Part shown: one piece after another, positions 58,540-64,000 of the stretch
Numbering within the stretch: position 1 is the stretch's first letter
Layout of the letters: every line of letters starts with the position of its first letter
From: Thermoproteota archaeon
GTDB lineage: Archaea > Korarchaeota > Korarchaeia > Korarchaeales > Korarchaeaceae
Direction of reading: 5' to 3'
Length of the DNA: 64,000 nt
Assembly (NCBI GenBank): GCA_015522685.1
Contig: WALU01000035.1
Location: 1 to 64,000, forward strand
Program-made: the position numbers and the translations under genes
Notes under the pieces: generated by a model
Database searches by the model: none
Told to the model about the DNA's origin: nothing
Seen by the model: only the letters and a program-made list of their open reading frames with translations

Positions 58540-59859
58540 ATGGAGATACTAATAAGGGGGCTCAAATATATAGTAACTCAGGATGATCGTAGGAGGATCC
58601 TCAGGAACTCAGACATTCTAATTAAGGATGGTATAATAGAATCTGTAGGAAAAGTTAGCGGTTATACAGACTACGTAATTAATGGAAGTAATTTCGTAGC
58701 AATCCCAGGTTTAATTAATACTCATGCTCATGTTCCAATGACCTTGTTTAGGGGAGTAGCTGATGATATGAAGTTATTTCCATGGCTACAGGATAAGATA
58801 TGGCCTATGGAGGCTAATTTAAAGCCCTATCATATAAAGGCTGGCACAGAGTTAGGATTATTAGAGACCATAAGAACAGGTACCACAACTCTCTTTGATA
58901 TGTATTTCTTTGAAGATGCAATAGCTGAAGTATTTACAGAATTTGGTTCTAGAGGAGTGTTAGCTGAAGCAATACTAGATTTTGGGACGCCTGAATGCAA
59001 GGATGTGGATAGCTGTTTAAGTATAGCTGACAATTTTGTTAAAAAATGGAAGGACCATCCCTTGGTGGAGCCAGGATATGGTCCTCATGCTCCTTACACA
59101 GTTTCGCCAGAGAGTCTCAAACGCATCTCAGGGAAAGCTGCTGATAATAACTCGCTAATACAGATACACTTAGCTGAAACACAGAGAGAGATAAATGAGA
59201 TTAAGGAAAAAACTGGAAGGAGACCCATAGAGCTAGCCAAGGAAGTAGGGGTCTTAGGCCCTAAGACTGTAGCAGCGCATGTAGTATGGCCTTCTGAAAG
59301 AGAGGTAAAATTGCTTGCTCAAAGTGGAACCCTTGTGTCCCATAATCCTGTAAGTAATTTGAAATTAGCATCTGGTTTCTCTCCAGTTCCTGATATGATT
59401 AATGAAGGTGTAAAGGTGTCATTAGGAACTGATGGACCTGCGAGCAATAATTTGATGGATCTTATAGAGACTATTAAGGTGACTGCTCTCATTCACAAGA
59501 CTGTAAAGAAAGACCCTACAGTAATGCCCGCTCAGCTTGTGTTTGATATGGCAACTAGAATACCTGGAGACTTCTTAAATTGGAATATAGGAAGAATAGA
59601 ACCAGGATTCGATGCAGATATAGTTCTACTAGATGCTGAGCTACCTTGGTGGACCCCGCTTCATTCCGTTATTTCTCACTTAGTTTACTCAGCTAGGAGT
59701 ACTGACGTGAGGTATGTGCTCATCAAAGGTGATTTGGTACTGAAAAATGGCAAATTCACCAAGAAAGATGAAACCGAAATCATGAGAAACGCCGAAAAAG
59801 CTTCATTAGATTTACTGGAGAAATCAGGTGTGAGCTCTATGCTTAAGGACATGAGTTAA
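58540..59859 (+). CDS. mtaD: Amidohydrolase, MTA/SAH deaminase-like
   Basis: PGLINTHAH, GPHAPYT, IHLAET, AAHVV, HNPVSNLKLASG, GTDGPASNN. Confidence 0.8.
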   Translation: MEILIRGLKYIVTQDDRRRILRNSDILIKDGIIESVGKVSGYTDYVINGSNFVAIPGLINTHAHVPMTLFRGVADDMKLFPWLQDKIWPMEANLKPYHIKAGTELGLLETIRTGTTTLFDMYFFEDAIAEVFTEFGSRGVLAEAILDFGTPECKDVDSCLSIADNFVKKWKDHPLVEPGYGPHAPYTVSPESLKRISGKAADNNSLIQIHLAETQREINEIKEKTGRRPIELAKEVGVLGPKTVAAHVVWPSEREVKLLAQSGTLVSHNPVSNLKLASGFSPVPDMINEGVKVSLGTDGPASNNLMDLIETIKVTALIHKTVKKDPTVMPAQLVFDMATRIPGDFLNWNIGRIEPGFDADIVLLDAELPWWTPLHSVISHLVYSARSTDVRYVLIKGDLVLKNGKFTKKDETEIMRNAEKASLDLLEKSGVSSMLKDMS

Positions 59860-60405
59860 TTGAGCATAGCTTGGTATTGCAATATTACATGCGATATCTA
59901 GGCTCTTAACGAAATCTAGAGATTTAGTTCCTTCTATCTCAACGAATTCGCCTAATTTAGATACTTTATCCAAGGAAATCTTCAAATCTAATCCTTTTAC
60001 TCTAATGTTGGTTCTACTTTTCTCTACCACATTTTTCACATTAAATCCTCTCTTCTTTAACTTTGTAAGAAGCTCTTCTTCATTATTTGGACATTTAAAC
60101 TTAAATCCTATTCTGGAGAGTGCTTCAGTACAGCTGTTACTTCCTAGCGGCCCTTCTATCTCCTCTCTGACTTTTTCTCCTTCCGATTCCTTTCTAGAGC
60201 TTTTATATGTAATTAAGGTATGTCCATTAACTCTTCTAATCCTTAAAACTCTATCTGAGATGAGTAATTCACATTTATCATTGTCTAAGTAGAGATCTTG
60301 CTGATATTCCTCATTTATAGTTTCATAGTCTAATCCCTTCATCTTCAGTAGTTCTAAAAAGGTATGATGATCTATTCTAACCTTCACCTCAATTTCTAAG
60401 CCCAA
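59824..60405 (-). CDS. cyaB: CYTH domain protein (class IV adenylate cyclase CyaB-like)
   Basis: EIEVK, Q.DLY, LRIR, TYK, REEIE, VEKSR, LD.V..LG.FVEIE; TTG start at 60405 because the track start overlaps tRNA-Leu. Confidence 0.8.
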   Translation of the reverse strand: MGLEIEVKVRIDHHTFLELLKMKGLDYETINEEYQQDLYLDNDKCELLISDRVLRIRRVNGHTLITYKSSRKESEGEKVREEIEGPLGSNSCTEALSRIGFKFKCPNNEEELLTKLKKRGFNVKNVVEKSRTNIRVKGLDLKISLDKVSKLGEFVEIEGTKSLDFVKSLDIACNIAIPSYAQLTHVLKHRAHT

Positions 60406-60443
60406 GAGACCCACCTTAAATGGAAAAGGCGGCGAAGCCCTAA

Positions 60444-60528
60444 TGCGGGGGGTGGGATTTGAACCCACGCACCCCTAAGGGAGCGGATCTTAAGTCCGCC
60501 GCCTTTGTCCTGGCTCGGCCACCCCCGC
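60444..60528 (-). tRNA. tRNA-Leu(UAA)
   Basis: Reverse complement GCGGGGGTGGCCGAGCCAGGACAAAGGCG-GCGGA-CT-TAA-GA-TCCGC, long variable arm, GTGGGTTCAAATCCCAC-CCCCCGCA. Confidence 0.95.
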
Positions 60529-60590
60529 TAAATTATGTTTAGCGATACGACTTTTTATAATTTTCCAACCCTTAAATAAGGGGTGCTTAA

Positions 60591-60941
60591 GTGAGCCAGC
60601 AGGTAAGGGTAGCTAGCTCTCCAATAGCAGTTACTGACGATGAAGTATTAGCTCTCGGTTTTGAGATGATAGGGATACCAGCTAGGGTAATAAAGGGAAG
60701 GAGGAATTTACTTAGGTTCTTTAGGGATCACGAGGCTGAGCTACCTCATGTAGTATTTATGAATGAGAGAGTTGCCGATGAGATAGCTGATTACAGACAT
60801 AATCTCCTTAGAAGAAAGAAGATTTATCCAGTATTTGCAATAGTGCCAGATATGGAAGGAGCTAGAGGAACTAGGTTAAAGGAGTTGGCATCCTTGCTTG
60901 CGAAGGTCCTCGGTAGTGAAGAATTGAAGTTTCTTGGGTGA
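60591..60941 (+). CDS. atpF: A/V-type ATP synthase subunit F
   Basis: IAVTDDEVLALGFEMIGI...PVFAIVPD; first gene of the ATPase operon. Confidence 0.75.
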   Translation: MSQQVRVASSPIAVTDDEVLALGFEMIGIPARVIKGRRNLLRFFRDHEAELPHVVFMNERVADEIADYRHNLLRRKKIYPVFAIVPDMEGARGTRLKELASLLAKVLGSEELKFLG

Positions 60942-61266
60942 GGTAATGCCCAAATTAGTTGAGGCCATTATGGAAGCTGAGAATGAGGCTACTAAAATAA
61001 CCCTGGAAGCTGAGGAGGAAGCTAAGAGAATAATTGAGGAAGCTGAGGAGGAAGCTAAGAGAATAATTGAGGAAGCTAAAAATTCTCCTGTAGAAGCGAA
61101 GCTTCCTAAGAACATAGATAGGGAGGCTCAGGAGATAGTAGAAAGAGCGAAGATGAAAGTGGAGGAATTAAGGGAGAACGCGATGAAGAAAATGAATTTT
61201 CTTGCCAACGAAATAGTTAGAGAGGTGTTGGAAGGTGAGTGGGGAGGAAGTAGTCGACATAGATAA
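60934..61266 (+). CDS. atpH: A/V-type ATP synthase subunit H (G-like peripheral stalk)
   Basis: EAE.EA..I..EA hendecad coiled coil; operon position. Confidence 0.7.
   Translation: MGEVMPKLVEAIMEAENEATKITLEAEEEAKRIIEEAEEEAKRIIEEAKNSPVEAKLPKNIDREAQEIVERAKMKVEELRENAMKKMNFLANEIVREVLEGEWGGSSRHR
61005..61077 (+). repeat. Perfect 33-bp tandem duplication inside atpH
   Basis: GGAAGCTGAGGAGGAAGCTAAGAGAATAATTGA at 61005-61037 and 61038-61070, plus partial GGAAGCT. Confidence 0.95.
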
Positions 61267-61876
61267 GAATTCTGAGACGATCGTTAGGGCCATTTTAAAA
61301 ATGGCGGAGGATAGAGCTCGTGCTATTAGAAAGGAAGCAGAGGAGAGAGCTAATGAGATAATAGGATCAGCAAAGGAAGAGGCAGATATAATCATAAAGG
61401 CAAAAAGAGAACGAATTGAAAGGGAGCTAAGGGAAGAGGTAGCGAGGAAAAGAAGCGCTGCCGAGGTAGAAGCAAACCAACTTATACTAAGAATGAAAAC
61501 AGAGCTATTAAATGAGTTATTTAGGAGAGTCAACCAAAAGCTAGCAGCCATATCTGAAGGTCAAGATCTCAACTGGGAATATAAAGAACTCCTAGCTAAA
61601 TACTCCCTTGAAGGAGCTAAAGCTCTTGAGGAGAAGAGAGTATACCTAATGGGTAGAGAGAATGATAAGAAATTGCTAGAGAGCATCTCTAAAGAGCTTG
61701 GCAAAAGAGATATAGAAGCTTTAGTAAATGATAAGACAATACCAATAATAGGTGGTGTCGTTGTCAGGGACGAAAGAGACATGAGAAGATATTATAACAC
61801 GTTCGATGGGAGATTCGGAGCATATAAGGAGGCCAAGGAGATAGAGATCATCCAAAGATTATTTGGGGAGGCGTAA
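61235..61876 (+). CDS. atpE: A/V-type ATP synthase subunit E
   Basis: N-terminal coiled coil; IIGGVVV.D....YYNTFDGR. Confidence 0.85.
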   Translation: MSGEEVVDIDKNSETIVRAILKMAEDRARAIRKEAEERANEIIGSAKEEADIIIKAKRERIERELREEVARKRSAAEVEANQLILRMKTELLNELFRRVNQKLAAISEGQDLNWEYKELLAKYSLEGAKALEEKRVYLMGRENDKKLLESISKELGKRDIEALVNDKTIPIIGGVVVRDERDMRRYYNTFDGRFGAYKEAKEIEIIQRLFGEA

Positions 61877-61878
61877 TT

Positions 61879-63663
61879 TTGTCCGAGCTTATTTATGAGA
61901 AGGGAGTTATTGTCCATATAAAAGGTCCTGTTGTAGAAGCGGATGAGATGAGAGGGGCTAGAATCAGAGAAGTTGTATATGTGGGAGAGGAGAAGCTTAT
62001 AGGAGAGATTGTTAGGATCAAAGGGGATAGAGCAATTATACAAGTTTATGAGCCTACTGGAGGAGTAAAGGCCGGGGAATATGTTGAGAGAACAGGCGAA
62101 CCCTTATCTGCTGAATTAGGTCCTGGATTGTTAGGTTTAGTTCTCGATGGTCTAGGTAGACCGCTGGAGGTAGTTGCAGAGAAGGCAGGAGGCCCTTTTA
62201 TAATTAGGGGTATAAAGGTACCTACCCTTCCAAGAGATAAGAGATGGCATTGGAGTCCAACAGTAAGGGTAGGAGATGGAGTTATAGCAGGAGATGTTCT
62301 AGGAGTAGTTCCAGAAGGATCTATAACTCATAAGGTAATGTTACCACCCAAGATAGAGAAGGCTCGGGTCTTGGAAGTACAACCCGAAGGAGATTATACT
62401 ATAGAGGAACCCATAGCAGTAGTGGAGCATATAGGAGAAAAAAAAGAAGTGAAGATGTATCATAAATGGCCCGTCAGGAATCCAAGACCTTTTAGAGAGA
62501 AGCTAGCTCCCGTTGAACTTTTAGTTACAGGTCAGAGAGTCATAGATACATTCTTCCCGATAGTAAAGGGTGGGGCTTCGGCAGTACCTGGAGGATTTGG
62601 TACAGGAAAGACCGTTGCACTCTATCAAATCTCCAAGTGGGCAGATGCCGATGTCGTTGTTTACGTCGGATGCGGCGAGAGAGGCAATGAGATAACTTAT
62701 TTGCTTCATACATTCCCCGAGCTCATTGATCCCAAGAGCGGCAGGCCTCTCTTAGAGAGGAGCATTCTGATAGCTAATACTAGCAACATGCCAGTACCAG
62801 CAAGGGAGGCAAGTATCTTCATGGGGATAACTTACGCCGAGTATTATAGAGATATGGGACTCAACGTTGTACTTACTGCCGATTCCACCTCGAGATGGGC
62901 TGAGGCACTAAGGGAGCTTAGCTCTAGGCTTGAAGAAATTCCTTCTGAAAGAGGATATCCCGCATATCTTCCAGATTACATAGCGTCCTTCTATGAGAGA
63001 GCCGGTAGGGTAAAGGTGATGGGAAACAGGGATGAGCTAGGATCTGTAGCCGTGATAGGAGCAGTAAGTCCCTCTGGTGGAGACCTAAATGAGCCAGTTA
63101 CTCAGCATACAATGAGATTCGTCGGTGCTTTCTGGGCGTTGGATAAAGAACTCGCATTTAAGAGGCATTTTCCATCTATAAATTGGCTGAGAAGTTTCTC
63201 GAAGTATGCTGGAGGATTAAAGGAGTGGTGGATAAAGAACTCAGGATATGACATGATGTCCTATAGAGATAAGGCCATAGCCTTACTTCAGAGATCATCT
63301 AGTTTAGAGGAAGTTGCTAGAGTTGTTGGAGAGGCAGCTCTTTCCGATGAGAATAGATTGATTCTCTTATCTGCAGAACTGATAAAGGAGAGTTTCCTAG
63401 TACAAAATGCCTATCACGATATTGACTCTTACTGCTCACCAGAGAAGCAAGCTCTTCTATTAAGAACTTTATTGGAGTTCTATGATAGAGCCAAGCCCAT
63501 GATTGATGCTGGAGTACCTATGTCGGAGATTTCTGAGATGAAATCTTTAGGTGATCTAAGGAGATTAAAGTTCGTCCCAGAGGAAAAGTTCAAGGATACA
63601 GCAAAGGAGGTTATATCCCAGTTAGAGACCGAAATATCCTCCTTAATTGCTAAGGTGGGGTAA
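61879..63663 (+). CDS. atpA: A/V-type ATP synthase subunit A (no intein)
   Basis: QVYEPT, PGGFGTGKTV, GCGERGNE, NTSNMPV.AREAS, DSTSRWAEALRE. Confidence 0.96.
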   Translation: MSELIYEKGVIVHIKGPVVEADEMRGARIREVVYVGEEKLIGEIVRIKGDRAIIQVYEPTGGVKAGEYVERTGEPLSAELGPGLLGLVLDGLGRPLEVVAEKAGGPFIIRGIKVPTLPRDKRWHWSPTVRVGDGVIAGDVLGVVPEGSITHKVMLPPKIEKARVLEVQPEGDYTIEEPIAVVEHIGEKKEVKMYHKWPVRNPRPFREKLAPVELLVTGQRVIDTFFPIVKGGASAVPGGFGTGKTVALYQISKWADADVVVYVGCGERGNEITYLLHTFPELIDPKSGRPLLERSILIANTSNMPVPAREASIFMGITYAEYYRDMGLNVVLTADSTSRWAEALRELSSRLEEIPSERGYPAYLPDYIASFYERAGRVKVMGNRDELGSVAVIGAVSPSGGDLNEPVTQHTMRFVGAFWALDKELAFKRHFPSINWLRSFSKYAGGLKEWWIKNSGYDMMSYRDKAIALLQRSSSLEEVARVVGEAALSDENRLILLSAELIKESFLVQNAYHDIDSYCSPEKQALLLRTLLEFYDRAKPMIDAGVPMSEISEMKSLGDLRRLKFVPEEKFKDTAKEVISQLETEISSLIAKVG

Positions 63664-63664
63664 T

Positions 63665-64000
63665 ATGTCTATATATGGTCTCGTTTATAAGGATGTTGAT
63701 CAAGTTAAAGGCCCTTTGGTCATAATGAGGGGCGTTCCAGGGGTAGCTTACGAGGAAGCGGTTAGGATATACTCTGAAAGTGGAAGGGAATGGTTTGGGC
63801 GAGTGCTTGAGGCTGGAAGGGATAAGATAGTTATACAAGTACTTGGAGATACCGAGGGTTTAGACTCCAATGCTATGGTGAAGTTCACAGGTTCTACTTT
63901 GAAAATGCCTGTATCCGATGAGATGTTGGGTAGGGTTTTCAACGGAGCTGGCGAACCCATTGATGGAGGCCCTAGGATAAGAGCTGATGATTACAGAGAC
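63665..64000 (+). CDS. atpB: A/V-type ATP synthase subunit B (5' part, runs off window)
   Basis: Hand translation MSIYGLVYKDVDQVKGPLVIM.GV.GVAYEE...VSDEMLGRVFNGAGEPIDGGP. Confidence 0.93.
   Translation, partial: MSIYGLVYKDVDQVKGPLVIMRGVPGVAYEEAVRIYSESGREWFGRVLEAGRDKIVIQVLGDTEGLDSNAMVKFTGSTLKMPVSDEMLGRVFNGAGEPIDGGPRIRADDYRD

Noticed and set aside
60406-60468. N-terminal extension of the CYTH ORF in the ORF track
   Set aside because: It overlaps tRNA-Leu; the TTG at 60405, after an SD and before EIEVK, is the plausible start.
484-63960. Many short ORFs antisense to or nested in identified genes (e.g. 5519-5974, 18619-19020, 35437-35901, 46943-47458)
   Set aside because: Shadow ORFs, typically Ser/Leu/Ile/Pro-rich mirrors of purine-rich coding strands, with no recognisable motifs.
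1-64000. CRISPR arrays, transposases, integrases, rRNA genes, inteins
   Set aside because: No regularly spaced repeats or corresponding protein/RNA motifs were seen; atpA has normal length.

Overview
Gene-dense archaeal chromosomal segment, roughly 39% GC by eye. It most likely comes from a TACK-group archaeon; crenactin, a short XPF, a multi-OB/Zn-finger RPA and an intron-containing tRNA-Met together suggest Korarchaeia (inference). Most genes are housekeeping: GlyRS, HisRS, AsnRS, LeuCD/HacAB, two 2-oxoacid:ferredoxin oxidoreductase clusters, A/V-ATPase F-H-E-A-B, RPA, XPF, RtcA and HflX. There are four tRNAs, one strong and one weaker box C/D guide RNA candidate, and at least six decayed pseudogenes (YjbQ, MFS, carbamoyltransferase, KaiC-like, VapBC, Clp1/Grc3). 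The most striking unexplained signal is a pair of near-identical 7-codon leader ORFs, each preceded by a Shine-Dalgarno (SD) sequence. MGDLV-H-L* lies inside the hisD / binding-protein / hisS cluster and MGDLV-W-L* lies upstream of trpB2, so codon 6 specifies the amino acid made by the neighbouring enzyme. In both, the productive downstream frame is +1: it restores a twin-arginine signal in one case and runs into an ATGA overlap with trpB2 in the other. This is a candidate amino-acid-sensing +1 ribosomal frameshift switch controlling salvage genes (hypothesis, untested). All family assignments come from motif recognition by eye, with no database searches.
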